Positions 12,175 to 25,972 of a DNA stretch of 64,000 bases are shown here, one piece after another. Source of the DNA: Octopus vulgaris (lineage: Eukaryota); NCBI GenBank assembly GCA_951406725.2, contig OX597817.1, positions 149,358,001 to 149,422,000 of the forward strand, read 5' to 3'. Under the pieces are notes generated by a model. The model did no database searches and was not told where the DNA came from. It saw nothing but the letters and a program-made list of their open reading frames with translations. Numbering within the stretch: position 1 is the stretch's first letter; each line of letters begins with the position of its first letter. A program made the position numbers and the translations under genes.

Positions 12175-12997
12175 AGTAGATAAGACATTTCGCAAACTCC
12201 AAGGACTCACGGGGACGATACTCGGTTATACTTTCTGCAGCCAAAAGCATTATGGGTAATTTCTGCCGAGTAATCGGGTGCTATTCTGTTTCGATTCATT
12301 TGGCTGCATGGATCTGATTGGAAACCTCCTGACCTGTATAACAGTCCCAGTATAGGTTTTAAATTACCCGCCCTTTATGTTATCAATATTCTTAATAATA
12401 CATGCTTGTGATGTAAACTCCTACGAGTACCACTATCAGCGTGGGCGTGGCTGGGTTGTTAAGGATTTCGTCTTGGTGTCATAATGTCCCGGGTTCGATC
12501 TTACTACGTAGTATTTTGAACAAGTGTATTTTTCCATTAGTTCGGTTCGACCAAGCGTTGTGAGTGAAATTAGCTAGACAGAAACTGTGCGGAAGCGCCT
12601 CGGATGGATTGTACACGTAACTAGAATGGCCAGGGGTCAGCCTTGTTAGAGTGTATCATGGAAACTCTGTATGAGGATTACGTTACTACAATGAGTAGGT
12701 AGTTCAATTGATTGAAATGCCAGAATATTTCTCGTTGAGAACGACAGAGAATACATTTCTCGTTTCGTTTTTTTGTCCTTTTTTTATAGCTTATGTGAAA
12801 CAATGATAGATTTGTCATCGATCAGGGACCTCTGTTTATCAATCCAGTCATTTCTGACTTCATTACACAATCCTCAAAATGATTGGATTGAAAAGTGCAA
12901 TATTTCGGTTCCTGGTCGAAAAGCGCAATATTTCCGTTCCTGGTCTGAACGAACAAATAAATCAAGGCCACTCAATTCCGTTTCTCCTTTCCTATGA

Positions 12998-13345
12998 ACC
13001 AAGCGTTGCTCGGGTTTGTTTCGACCCTTTAGAATTGGAATTTTTGAAAAGCGAAAATTTCGCATTATGTAGCTTGTTATTCTCTTTGGCGAAACAGCAG
13101 TCAAAAAATCGTAAAAATAGGGATTTTCATAGAAAAAAAGCACCTTTTTGATGTAAATAATTTTTGGTCTTAACATGGTCCGACTTGAATTTTTTTTTCC
13201 TTCTACAGAAGGAAGAGCAAGCCTTCTTCTATCATACTCTCAATTTTGGTCAACTTGCGCCTCTGGGTCTCAGAGGAGATGGTATTAGTTGAAGGCTACC
13301 AAACCTGCCATACACAGATAACTTCAGCTTTATATATATATAGAT
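12998..13345 (+). mobile_element. Non-autonomous Helitron/Helentron-like element (HINE/Lep1-like)
   Basis: Begins gcgttgctcgggtttg and ends cacagataacttcagctttatatatatatagat, the end architecture I recall for HINE/Lep1-type elements; no ORF. Confidence 0.55.
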
Positions 13346-13823
13346 AAGATGGGTTAGTCATGGCTGGAACAACGTTAAGGAGAGATATGTTCGATTAGGG
13401 TTACCTTGGCGCTGAACAAAGTCTATGGCCACTCGGGGCCTTGTTTCTTGGTAAGAAATCTCTCGTGGAAGGGATATTACCGTGAGACAGACGTATTGGG
13501 TTACCAACCACTCTTGCTCAGTTCGAATCTGCTTCTGCTACTGCTGCTGCTAATGCTGCTACGACTGATGCTGTTACGACTGCTGCTGCTGCTGCTGCTG
13601 TTGTTGCCGTTCCACCCTAATGTGGTCAAGCCATCAAATATTCCATAACTCATCCGACTTTGCTTAGTGAACGATAACGTTGCTTATTACAGGTTGATTG
13701 CCAGACAGGCCGACCAGTGGTTTTATGATGGTTCTTTTATGAGAGTGTTTACGACGGCAACATTTACGAGAGAGCGGGTGTATTTAATTTTGTTTTATGC
13801 TGAAAAGGAAAAAAAAATCTGAT

Positions 13824-13881
<58 letters not shown>

Positions 13882-14346
13882 AACAGTCTTCTTTTCTTTC
13901 TTTTTATCATTGGTCAGCAAGAATTAAAGAAACTACGAACAATTTTTTCACTTCTACTTTTGATTTTACCTTTACTGGTCTCAGCTAGGGGTTGTGGCCA
14001 TGCTGGGGTACCGACATTAAGTACCTGCGTTCCCATAAATATCTGGGGCTTTTTCTTGTTGTTCCTTTGTAACGTTTTGGAAAATTACAAAAGACTTGTA
14101 AAATGATATATAAGATCGTGTACCAGGAGAAATGATGGTTTCTGAGATTTTAGTTCGGGCCTCTGGATCGAAGAAACAGGAAGAGTACTGGAATTTTATG
14201 AATAAATCAGATAAGTTTATTAAGTTGATTGCTCAAGGAAGATACCCGTAGCCTGCTCCTGGATTCCAACACACAGACTTGTGTGTCCAGTGCGCACAAA
14301 TATATCCTTAAAAATGAGATAGTATTCATTGTCCTATATATATATA

Positions 14347-14680
14347 TAAGTAGCTTGCTTACGAACTACATAGTTCCAGGTTCAGTCCCACTGCGTGGCA
14401 CCTTGGGCGAGTGTCTTCAACTATAGCCTCGGGCCAACCAAAGCCTTGTGAGTGGATTTGGTAGACGGAAACTGAAAGAAGCCCATCGTATATATGTATA
14501 TGTATGTATATATGTATGTGTGTGTATATGTTTGTGTGTCTGTGTTTGTTACCCCAACATTGCTTGACAACCGATGCTGGTGTGTTTATGTCCCCGTAAC
14601 TTAGCGGTTCGGCAAAAGAGACCGATAGAATAAGTACTAGGCTTACAAAGAATAAGTCCTGGGGTCGATGTGTTCGATTA
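14347..14680 (+). mobile_element. SINE family B, truncated at both ends
   Basis: Near-identical to 9420-9750. Confidence 0.92.
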
Positions 14681-14689
14681 AATGACTAG

Positions 14690-14726
<37 letters not shown>

Positions 14727-14727
14727 C

Positions 14728-15022
14728 ACAGTATCGACCAGACTATCAGATGTTGTTATACATCGCTGGTCACAATGCACTTCCCATTGTTTCAGCTTTC
14801 GAATGATGCGACCAGGCTGGTTAGGCAGGCAGGCCAACATACCCTCCTGATCGGAAGGCTAATCCGTCACGGGGGTTACCCATTCATAGGTGAGTGGACT
14901 GGAGTAACATGAAATAAAGTATTTTGCTTAAGAACATAATGCCCACCACTCCTACGCCGTCCGGTCCGGTCATCGAACCTACGATCTAGTGATCGAGAGT
15001 GCAACAACCTAACCACTAAGCC
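14728..15022 (-). mobile_element. SINE head D + tail T2
   Basis: cctaaccactaagcc head end, tggactggagtaacatgaaataaag core, catcgctggtcacaatgc tail. Confidence 0.8.
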
Positions 15023-15025
15023 TAG

Positions 15026-15084
<59 letters not shown>

Positions 15085-15449
15085 AACACACACGCACGCA
15101 CTCCCTCACACATGTACTATGTCACTTTTAGGACAATAAATAGCGTCTAATCTTCTGATATATATTTGGGTGAAGGGGTCACACAAGGTTACGGTTTCGA
15201 TCCCTGGGGCGGGCTACGTGTTGCTTTTTGGGGGCAAGGAACTTCATTTCGTGTTTCTTCCGTCTACTCGGCTAAAATGAGTACCAGCTGAGCGCTGCTG
15301 TAGCTCTTTCCTTTGCGAGTCTTCATAACCCAGTATCGACAAAACAATATACATCAAAATATGATCACAAAATTGCAAAATAAGTATAAAAATATATGTA
15401 AAAGTAAAATTATAACGAAATAAAAACTTATAAATTTTATATAAATGCA

Positions 15450-15810
15450 ACGGTGGGTGTGTGGTTAAGAAGCTCTCTTGACGGCCACGTAGTTTCGGGT
15501 TCAATCTCACCTTGAACTACAGTCTTCTACTAGAGCCCCGGGTCGACCAATGCCTGTGAATAAATTTGGTAAGTTGGAAACTGTGCGGAAACTCGTTGTA
15601 CAAACATGAATATGTATATTTGTGTTTTTGTGTTTGTACCCCATGACCACCGCTTGAGAACCGTTGTTGGTGTGTTTACGTCCCCGTAACTCAACGGTAA
15701 GGCAGAACAGGTATCAGAATTAAAGAATAAGTACCGGCTTCGATTCATTTGCCTAAAACGCTACCAGGCAGTGCCCCAGCATGGCCGCAATTCGGTAACT
15801 GAAACAAGTA
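15450..15810 (+). mobile_element. SINE family B, diverged
   Basis: Colinear with 9401-9820 with many substitutions. Confidence 0.8.
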
Positions 15811-15994
15811 CGCAGAGGGACTTTGTGTATTGGAATGAGCGAAAGGGAAAATTCCTGAGTAAACGGGAAAAAAATCTTTAAACATAACTTATTCACGTTA
15901 CAGTTATCTTGGAACACATGTATTGAGTCCTTTTGGGGATTATTTTGATCTCCTTGATCTTTAAATCAAGATTTTATACACACACACACATATG

Positions 15995-16039
<45 letters not shown>

Positions 16040-16079
16040 TATAGATAGATAGATAGATAGATAGATAGGGATATATACA

Positions 16080-16420
<341 letters not shown>

Positions 16421-16624
16421 ATAAATTTCCTCTATTTACATAATATTGAGGTCTCTTTCTTTCTTTTGTTATCTTACCGTTTTATCAATATATATATATA
16501 TATATATATATGAAATGTTGCTGTTAGACTCTTCCTTCAAACCTCAATCTTCTTCTTTACGTCTATTCTTATAAATCAGCTATTTCGAGACATAAGTGTA
16601 CTTTTCCAGTTCCAGATTTCTCTT

Positions 16625-16712
<88 letters not shown>

Positions 16713-17059
16713 TTTTAAATACGTCTCTTTTTTTTTTTTCATTATATTTGTTTGCAAAAGCCTAAAATAAAACTGTCGTCTGCTTAGGCAAGTTCTTTGT
16801 TTTCAGAGTCCCACTTGAAGAATTATAAAAATCGTATATATAGACTATTTATGTGGTTTTAGAAAATATATTTTGCTTCCGTTACTTAACTTTAGTCCTC
16901 CTCTGTATTTTTATCAACTATAGAGGATTTATTTTCCTTAAATATTATCCTCAAGCTATGTGTTTTGTTCTCCAGTTTTTTTTTACCTTCTCTTATTTCT
17001 TTCACTTACCTGTTTATTTCCCATCTGCTCCACTCTATTCTCTCTCTCTCTCATTCACT

Positions 17060-17066
17060 CTATCTG

Positions 17067-17120
<54 letters not shown>

Positions 17121-17211
17121 CATCCATCCATCCATCCATCCATCCATCCATCCATTCGTTTAGTTATCTATCTTATCAATCTATCTATCTATCTGTCTGT
17201 GTGTCTGTTTG

Positions 17212-17277
<66 letters not shown>

Positions 17278-17516
17278 CATATATCTCTCTCTGTATCTAT
17301 CTGTTTATCGTTCTTTATCAAACTAATTCTCTCTTTTCCTTCGCCGTAGTCTTCCCACAATATTCCTTCTTCTCTCTCACGTTCTTTCATTCCTTCCTTC
17401 ATCTTTCCTTCATAGAACGTTTCCCTGCTTATTCTCTTTCTTCGAACACTTCTTTTTCTCTCCGTCTTCTATTCTCATATACTTAACCATATCAATCTAT
17501 CCATCCACCCATTTGA

Positions 17517-17592
<76 letters not shown>

Positions 17593-17830
17593 ATCTATCT
17601 ATCTATCTATTCATCCATCCATCCATTCATTTTTAGTTATCTATCTTATCAATCTATCTATCTGTCTGTGTGCCTGTTTGTCTATCTATCTATCTATCTA
17701 TCCATCCATCCATCCATCCATCCATCCATTTTTTTTCTCTTGTTTTTTGTTTTTTTCATCCCCCAAAAGAAAAGCTCTACCTTGTAACTTGTCCCATCTG
17801 TGTGCAGCCCTGTGTGGCCAATAAAGAAAC

Positions 17831-17915
<85 letters not shown>

Positions 17916-18060
17916 CACCAATTTGGCTCTCTCTATCTCTATCTATCTATCTAGCTAGCTAGCTAGCTATCTATCTAGCTATCTAGCTAGCTAGCTAGCT
18001 AGCTATCTATCTAGCTATCTATCTAACTAGCTAGCTACCAAACTAGCTAGCTAGCCATAC
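17060..18060. repeat. (TATC)n/(CATC)n/(TAGC)n tetranucleotide field with internal duplication
   Basis: ttagttatctatcttatcaatctatc...ctgtttgtctatc occurs near 17160 and 17633. Confidence 0.9.
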
Positions 18061-18238
18061 CTGTATCTGTCTACTCTTACTACCTCTACACTTCGTTTTA
18101 TGTCACATTTATTCTTTCTTACTTTCTTTCTCCCCTCTTCCTCTCTCACTCTCTGTCTATTACTATCACATAGCATACACATTCTCTTTATCCATCTACA
18201 TTTTTCTTGCTATCTCACACATACACACAGACACACAC

Positions 18239-18280
<42 letters not shown>

Positions 18281-18420
18281 TTTCTATGTATCTATCTATC
18301 TCATTCATACTGTTACTCTCCTACTTTCTCTTCGTTTTTTCTCCAAGCTATATTAAATAATCTTCTTGCCCTGCTACCTAATTCACTCTCATCATATCTC
18401 TCCCCTCCCCCCACACACAC

Positions 18421-18455
<35 letters not shown>

Positions 18456-19448
18456 TTCCATTCTTTCTACCTCTCTTTCCATTTCTCTCTCTCTCTCCAC
18501 CTTTCTTTGTCTCTCTCTGTCTCTCTCTCTCTCTCTATTACTCTCTCTCTCTCTCTCTTTATATTAATTCCCTCATTACATTATCTCCTTTTCCAACCCA
18601 CTTTATCACTCATCACTCGACTATTCTCTACCCTCCCTCTCTCCCTCTCTCCCACTCTCTAACTATTTATCTCTCTATTTCTTCTCCCCCATCTCTCCCT
18701 CTCTCCCTCTCTCTCTTCTTTATATTAATTTTACTCTCATCATCCTTATTCTCATTATCTTTACCTCCTCCTTCACCTATTTCTCCCCTCCTCTCTGCAA
18801 CTTATTCCACACTTTCTATCTCTCTCCTCTTCCTCCTTCCCTCCTATTCCCCTCTCCACCCTCTATTCTAACAATCACTCTTTCCTCCTCCACCTCCTCC
18901 TCCTCCTCTACTAACATCATATATTATTGTCATTCAAACACAACTTTATACGTGTGGCACCTGTCATGGAACAGAATCCGTACTGTGTTATAAACGTATT
19001 CCATTTTTCTTTTTTTCTTTTTTGTCTGTTTTTACTATATTACGTTTATTTGTTTGTTTTCTTTATTTTATTTTCATTTTTTCTTGTTTATTTTTCTTTA
19101 GTGTTTGTGTGTGTGTCTTTTAATATATCCGCCATTTCCAGATGTAACTTGCTATGATTCTGTCACAGGATCTAACACGATGGATACAAAACGTACATGT
19201 AAGGTTTCTTGCTGTCAAGAAGCCTAATTATACCTTTTTATGGCATGGAATGCATATAAACGGGATATGTGATGTTCATGCCTTTCTCAAGAGTATAGAC
19301 AGCATTAAATTAAATAAAATAGCCGCCGGTACATTTCAGAGTCGAAACCAAATTGTCAAGCATTTTGATTAGTTTTGCCGGTTTGTTTGTTTTTGTTCAG
19401 TATTTTTGTTATTTCTAATTTGTCTTATTCTGGTGTATATTTTCCCTA

Positions 19449-19772
19449 GTGAAGGCGCGTGGTTTAGTGGGTAGGGCATTCGGCTCGCGATTGTAAGGTC
19501 ATAAGTTCGATTCCCGGCGACGCGTTGTGTCATTGAGCAAGGCATTTTATTTCACGTTGCTCCAGTCCACTCAGCTGACAAAAATGAGTTGCACCTGTAT
19601 TTCAAAGACCGGCCTTGTCACACTCTGTGTCACGCTGAATCTCCCTGAGAACTACGTTAGGGGTACACGTGTCTGTGGATCGCTCAGTCACTTGCACGTT
19701 AATTTCACGAGCAGGCTGTTCCGTTAATCGTATCAGCTGGGACCGTCGTCGTCGTAACCGACGGAGTGCTCC
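19449..19772 (+). mobile_element. SINE head D + tail T1
   Basis: gtgaaggcgcgtggtttagtgg...agttcgattccc head; tail ...cgtcgtcgtaaccgacggagtgct shared with 43855-44233. Confidence 0.9.
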
Positions 19773-19898
19773 TAAATATTTTCCCCGATGGAATACTCAG
19801 ATAGACAGAGAAGCAAGAGGCAGCGCCCTTGAGCCGTTTTCAAATCCTTTAAGACAAAACAGGAGCAAAAGAAGGAGTTACCTTCCGAATGCTTGCAA

Positions 19899-20456
19899 CA
19901 GACTGTAAACCAATTTTTATCTATGGACCGCTTTGATCACTGTTTTATTCTGGTGGACCCCCATAGCCATTCGATGCTTAAAAACTAGTTTTATAGAAAC
20001 TTCTTTCAAAATTCCTATTTTGTTTTCCACACATTAATTTGTGTAGGTTGAACAGTGTAAAATGTTAGAGAAAGAAACTTGGTCATTACTCGCAAGACAT
20101 ACCAATGCATACATCTAAAGCAAATTTTTTTCAGGGACCCATAAGATACTATTGCGAATCCCTAATTCACTATTTTGTTGCGTGGACCCCCAAAAATCTT
20201 GTATGGAGCCCCCGGGGACCATATGGATCTTTGTTGAGAACCACTGCCCTAAGCAGATACTTATTTTGCTTAATGGGAACCTGGTTGTTTTTTGCAATAC
20301 ATACCAATACCTACAACAAAAGAAACTTTTTTTCAGGGATCCTTAAGATATTATTGTGAATCCCTAATTCCCTATTTTGTTGCGTGGACTCCCAAAAATT
20401 ATATATAGACTCTCAGGGGCCATATGAACATATGGACCCCGGTTGAGAATCCATTG
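19899..20456. mobile_element. hAT-type MITE with duplicated right half
   Basis: Right TIR gttgagaaccactg ending 20246 and again ggttgagaatccattg ending 20456; about 190 bp upstream of each is homologous; left TIR degenerate. Confidence 0.7.
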
Positions 20457-20743
20457 ACAGCTTATGTCGTTGCTGTCGTTGTTGTTATTTTTGCTGTTGT
20501 TGCTAAAGTTCTGATCGAGATGACTTATGGTTCAACTGCCACGATCTCGACTTTTAATTCAATTTTATTTTTTCAATCATTATCCGATATGTGTTTGTAA
20601 CATATTAGTGTTTATATAAGGGTAATTTGGCTGGGCTGCTATTTCTAGCAATACAAGCGACGGTAAAGGGGCTCCTTTGCTGATTCTTCGACAGTGCAAA
20701 TGTCCTAACTCAAATGGCACTTTCACAAAGCTTTCACAAAGCA

Positions 20744-20992
20744 TGGAGGCATGTAGCTTAGAGGTTAGGCTGTTGGTCTCATGATCGAAAGATTGTGGTT
20801 TCGATTCTTAGACCTGGCGACGAGTAGTGTCCTTGAACAACACACTTCATTTCACGTTACTCCGGTCCATTCAACTGGTGAAAATAAGTTTTCCTGCGAC
20901 GGATCGGCGTCTTGTCCAGGTGGGCAATACATTCACCATGGAAACCGGGAAACTAGCTCTATGAGTTTATATGACTCGGAAAGGAACTTTAC
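20744..20992 (+). mobile_element. SINE head D + tail T3
   Basis: Tail cctgcgacggatcggcgtcttgtccaggtggg...ggaaaccgggaaact shared with 41806-42078. Confidence 0.82.
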
Positions 20993-21209
20993 TGACTTAC
21001 ACTCACAAATCCACCACGAGAATAATTTTTGTACTCATTTTAGTGTGTGTGTGTTTGTAACTGAACACACACCTTCACACACGCGGACTCTTGTAACCGG
21101 ACGCACACCTCCACACACGCGGACTCTCATACGCACACGTACATATTCGTCCGATTCACGTTTTTACCAGAGAGTCTAACATCTTCGCGTACTAACGACT
21201 ATCAAAACC

Positions 21210-21369
21210 CAGCTGCGTAGCTACTGGTTTTTGATAGTAGCCAGGCGAGGGGTCGATCGCCCCGGGCAACGCTTTTATAGTGGCTGTATATAAGGCTGTA
21301 TAGGCTAGGGGGCCCGGGGGCGACAAATTTAACTGCTGCTCCGAGCAACACACGCAAGCTCCGCCATTG
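21210..21369. mobile_element. Small MITE with CAGTGGCGTAGCTA-like TIRs, degenerate
   Basis: cagctgcgtagcta...aagctccgccattg; an opposite-orientation relative lies at about 53656-53800. Confidence 0.5.
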
Positions 21370-21618
21370 TCAAAAACCGTCCTCTCATTATTCATACTAA
21401 AGTATCTGCTGCCTGTTTGGATATGTTGAAGCTTAGACATCCACAATAAGTAGCTATATTTTCTTTTTCTTTAGAAGGTATTATCGGCAAAGTGAACACC
21501 TTAATTTTCTGAGTTCAAATTTTGCCAGCCCCGACTTTGCTTAAATCCTTCTGGGATAGAAAAATTAAGTATTTGTCAGACAAATGATTTCAGTTTTATC
21601 GGTTCTGTCTCTCATATT

Positions 21619-22060
21619 AAGGTGGTGGGCTGGCAGAATCGTTAGCGCGTCGGAAGACAGAGTGGCCTTTCTTCCGGCTCCTTATATGTTGTGAGCTCAA
21701 ATTCCACCGACGCCGACTTTGACTTTCATCCGTTCAGTGTCGATGAAAAAAATGTACCAGTTAAATACTGGGGATCGATGTAATCGGCTTACCCCACTTT
21801 CCCTAAATCTGCCTGCCTTGTGCCTAAATTTGGATCGATAATTAAAAGTCTGTTAGCTTAGTAAAATCGTTAGACTCAGACAAAATACTTTGCGATATTT
21901 TTTTCCTGCTGTTTACCTTCTATGTTCAAATCCCGTGCGAGTCATCTTCGTTTTTCATTCCTCCAAGGTCAATAAAATAAAATATCGACCAAACAAAAGA
22001 GACTGGTGATTAATTAACATCTCCACCATTAAAATTTCCTGTCCGGTGCCATTATTAGAA
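21619..22060 (+). mobile_element. Two diverged SINE family A copies
   Basis: aaggtggtgggctggcagaatcgttagc head and family A core. Confidence 0.75.
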
Positions 22061-22532
22061 ATGGTTAACAGGCACAGAACGCAAATATATTCCGTGTGAC
22101 CAATTAGATATTTATACAACGGAAATGTTTGGAGATTTTTACTCCACCATATCAGCTCAATATTCCTCCATTAGCAATGCTCCTTCTTGCGACTTACACC
22201 GTTTTCTCGATGGGACAAGATTGAAGTTGAGATCAAACTTCAACATAGTAGAAACTTATCTTAACCCTGAAGTCGGCTACATTTCTTATAATTATTCTTC
22301 TTTCTGGGACAGTGAAATCACTCAGATAAATATAAAAGAAGTCTGGAGATTTTCTAACTATTTTTTTTATTTTTTGTTTTTACTTCAATGCAAAAATTAG
22401 ATTGGTGCCAAACCCATCAACTACAGGCATTTAGTATTGATATATCAAAAGGTTAATAAAATAAGTCAGTTGTAGTTGCTATCGTTGTTTTTGTTGTTGT
22501 GTAGTCTAAGATTAGCCGTGATCGGACTGGAA

Positions 22533-22768
22533 GGAAGCGAGCTGGCAGAAGCGTTAGCACGCCGGGCGAAATGTGTAGCCGTATTTCGTCTGCCGTTACG
22601 TTCTGAGTTCAAATTCCGCCGAGGTCGACTTTGCCTTTCATCCTTTCGGGGTCGATAAATTAAGTACCAGTTACGCACTGGGGTCGATATAATCGACTTA
22701 ATCCGTTTGTCTGTCCTTGTTTGTCCCCTCTGTGTTTAGCCCCTTGTGGGAAGTAAAGAAATAGGTAT
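22533..22768 (+). mobile_element. SINE family A, full length, tail type a1
   Basis: Near-consensus copy; tail ...tgtctgtccttgtttgtcccctctgtgtttagccccttgtgggaagtaaagaaata. Confidence 0.95.
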
Positions 22769-23070
22769 TACATTCTTTACGCGGCACACCTGTAGATTCT
22801 GGTGGTGCCCACGAAGAAGGTGAACAAAATGGATTCGACCAGAGCGCGACGTTTGCTCTTTCCCCGCACTTTTTTGTACCCTTAATCCCGGTTACTACTC
22901 ACACGGAGCGAATCAGATAATTTTACGAAATTTCTCCGTGCATTACTAGATTTCTTTTCTTTTCTTTTTTTTTCTTTTTGTTCACAAAATTTGAAAACAT
23001 CGATATTTTGAAAGCTTAACCTCCTAAACTTCCAACTGTGTTAGTTGCTATTAATGTATGTGTTTGTATT

Positions 23071-23107
<37 letters not shown>

Positions 23108-23607
23108 GGCAAATATCTGATTGAGTATATGTTTGGGGTTGGCTTGTGGGCGTGGTTTTTATATCTCCATTTGTTGCTTTTAGTACTTGCCCAGTTTGTG
23201 AGAACTACAACCATAGCAGGAACAACTACAACAGGAGAAAGTTGTCTGCCTCTTTCTCCACCTCTTTCTTTCGCTCCTCCTACTCTTCTCTCAGTTCATT
23301 ATCATAATATCTCCAACGTACGATGTCGTTGAAACTTGAAAAATTTTAATGTATAAAAGTACATAATGGGCAATACGATATTAGCAGTAAGACCTAAACT
23401 TATCACGGGATAACAACACGGAATCTGTGTTTTGTGTGCAAGCCTATATGCAATCATATGTTACATACGTTTGTACACACTGGTTAACTCTCTCTCTCGC
23501 TTCTCGTAGCCAAGCAAATACCTGCATAGCATGTTCCTTTGGGAAACATATTTGAAGTTGAACTACAAATATTTAAACATTTTGTGTTTTTTTCATCTTC
23601 TGCTTCC

Positions 23608-23648
<41 letters not shown>

Positions 23649-23650
23649 CA

Positions 23651-23720
<70 letters not shown>

Positions 23721-23723
<3 letters not shown>

Positions 23724-24515
23724 GGCGGCGAGCTGGTAGAATGGTTAGCATGCTGTCGATTTTGCCTTTCATCCTTTCAGGTTCGATTAAATAAGTACCA
23801 GTTACACACTGGGGTTGATGTAATCGACTTAATCCGTTTGTCTGTCCTTGTTTGTCTCCTCTATGTTTAGGCACATGTGGGCATTAAAGAAATAATTAGT
23901 ATTATTATTATTATTAAGGCGGCGAGCTGTCAGAACCGTTAGCACGCCGGGCGAAATGCTTAGCGGTATTTCGTTTGCCGTTACGTTCTAAGTTCAAATT
24001 CCGCTGAGGTCGACTTTGCCTTTCATCCTTTCGGTAAATTAAGTACCAGTTACGTACTGGGGTCGATACAATCGACTTAATCCGTTAGTCTGTCCTTGTT
24101 TGTCCTCTCTGTGTTTAGCCCCCTGTGGGTAGTAAAGAAATAGGCATTTCGTCTGCCGTTACGTTCTGAGTTCAAATTCCGCTGAGGGCAACTTTGTTTT
24201 TCATCCTTTCGGGGTCGATTAAATAAGTACCAGTTACACACTGGGGTCGATATAACCGACTTAACCCCGTTGTCTGTTCCTGTTTGTCCCCTCTATGTTT
24301 AGGCCCCTATGAGCAATAAAAAATTAATAATTAGTATTATTATTATTATTGTTAAGGCGGCGAGCTGACAGAATCGTTAGCACACTGAACGAAATGCTTA
24401 GCGGTATTTCGCCCGTCGGGATCAATAAACTAAGTACCAGTTGAACATGCTGGGGTCGATGAAAGTTAATCATCCCCTCCCCCAAAATTGCTACCCTCGT
24501 GGCAAAATTTGAAAC

Positions 24516-24563
<48 letters not shown>

Positions 24564-24785
24564 CATTATTATTATTATTATTATTCCGTTAGTATGCTGG
24601 ACGAAATGCTCGTCGGTATTTTGTTTGTCTTTACGTTCTGAGTTCAAATTCCGTCGAGGTTGATTTTTGTCTTTCAGCCTTTCGGAGTTGATAACATAAG
24701 TACCCGGTTGAGCACTGGGGCTGTTGTAATCGACCAGTATTCTTCCACCCAAACTTTCAAGCTTTGTGCCTATAATAGAAAAAGA
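23721..24785 (+). mobile_element. Stack of four family A SINE insertions separated by (ATT)n
   Basis: Copies start near 23721, 23916 (dimer), 24353 and 24586, each directly after an (ATT)n run. Confidence 0.92.
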
Positions 24786-24797
24786 AGTAGCAGAGAA

Positions 24798-25632
24798 GTC
24801 TCGGGGAGACTATTGGCGCCGACGAGAGCGGACTGACTAGTCTGTTCCGGTGAACTTTCCGGTCGGGAACTATCATGGATAATTTCCAGATGTCTTTGGC
24901 CTGGCAGTGCTACCGGGTGGTGGGCATGGATGTGCTGTCAGACGGGCTCGTTTGAGGTGCGCGCTGAGTGACGAAACCGTTCTGCACACCCTCGTTCAGT
25001 GTCCGAGCATTGTTGACTTGTAGCGTTATGTCGAACAGCTACTGTCACGTATGGGACGGATCTGTCTGTCGGCTGAGTATGCAGTGATGATCGCCCCGCC
25101 GCCCACCTTCAATCGGGCAGGCAAAGCAGTTTTCCTTCGCCTGGTGGCTGTGGCGAAAGAGGTTGTTTGGTGGACAAGGCTGAAAGGCATGAGAACAGAT
25201 ACAGTCCTCTTTGGTAGAGCTCTCATTGACTTCTTTAAGTTCCAATTGGAAAGGAAATTTAGAGTGGAGAGGGAGATGCTGTCCTCGGGTGAGTCTATGG
25301 AAAAGTAGGTGAAAGTAGCGAAAATGGCAAGGGTAGACGTCTGAGTCAGAGAGAATGAATTGAAGAGGGTACTTGCTCTTGGAGTTTCAGGAACATCTAG
25401 GATAGCAGGGTTCCTCGATTATGCCTAGAGGCCTTCCAGTATCAGGAGGGCCACATCTCTATCATCCTCCCCGACATTTTTTTAACCATTGTATGCTATA
25501 CATATGTCCCTTGTTTTTCAGTGTATACCGTGTATACATTTTTTTATCATCTCATTATATCTAAACCCCAATATTCTGTCTGTCTTTGTATTGTTCCCAT
25601 CATCCTTCGCCCTTGTGACAAATAAATGAAAT
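24798..25632 (+). mobile_element. 5'-truncated Tx1/L1-clade LINE, ORF2 C-terminus plus 3'UTR
   Basis: Translation with stops and a frameshift: DNFQMSLAWQCYR...RCALSDETVLHTLVQCPSIVDL*RYVE...VAKEVVWWTR, matching the zf-RVT-like C..C...ET..H....C....AK..IW..R region; ends aataaatgaa + (ATT)n. Confidence 0.85.
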
Positions 25633-25667
25633 TATTATCATTATCATCATCATTATTATTATCATTA

Positions 25668-25723
<56 letters not shown>

Positions 25724-25929
25724 TGTTGTTATTGTTGTTTTACTTCTCAAAGCCCTCGGTCTTGCTCTCCTTGATTCTGTGAGAGCGGACAGCAACCTGT
25801 TGTTAGAGGGTCTCACAGGGTCCCTTTCCTCAACCTATAAGGTTTGGTACTTTGATGTTAACTATTGTGAAAGACACTCAACACCCAAGCACTTATCTAT
25901 CTATCTATCTATCTATATATCTATCTATA

Positions 25930-25972
<43 letters not shown>

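Noticed and set aside
22125-22400. 91-aa non-repetitive ORF (MFGDFYSTIS...)
   Set aside because: No recognisable motif and no convincing splice signals; length expected by chance.
22466-22678. Recurring peptide RKDERQSRPRRNLNSER in several ORFs
   Set aside because: Antisense translation of SINE family A, not a gene family.
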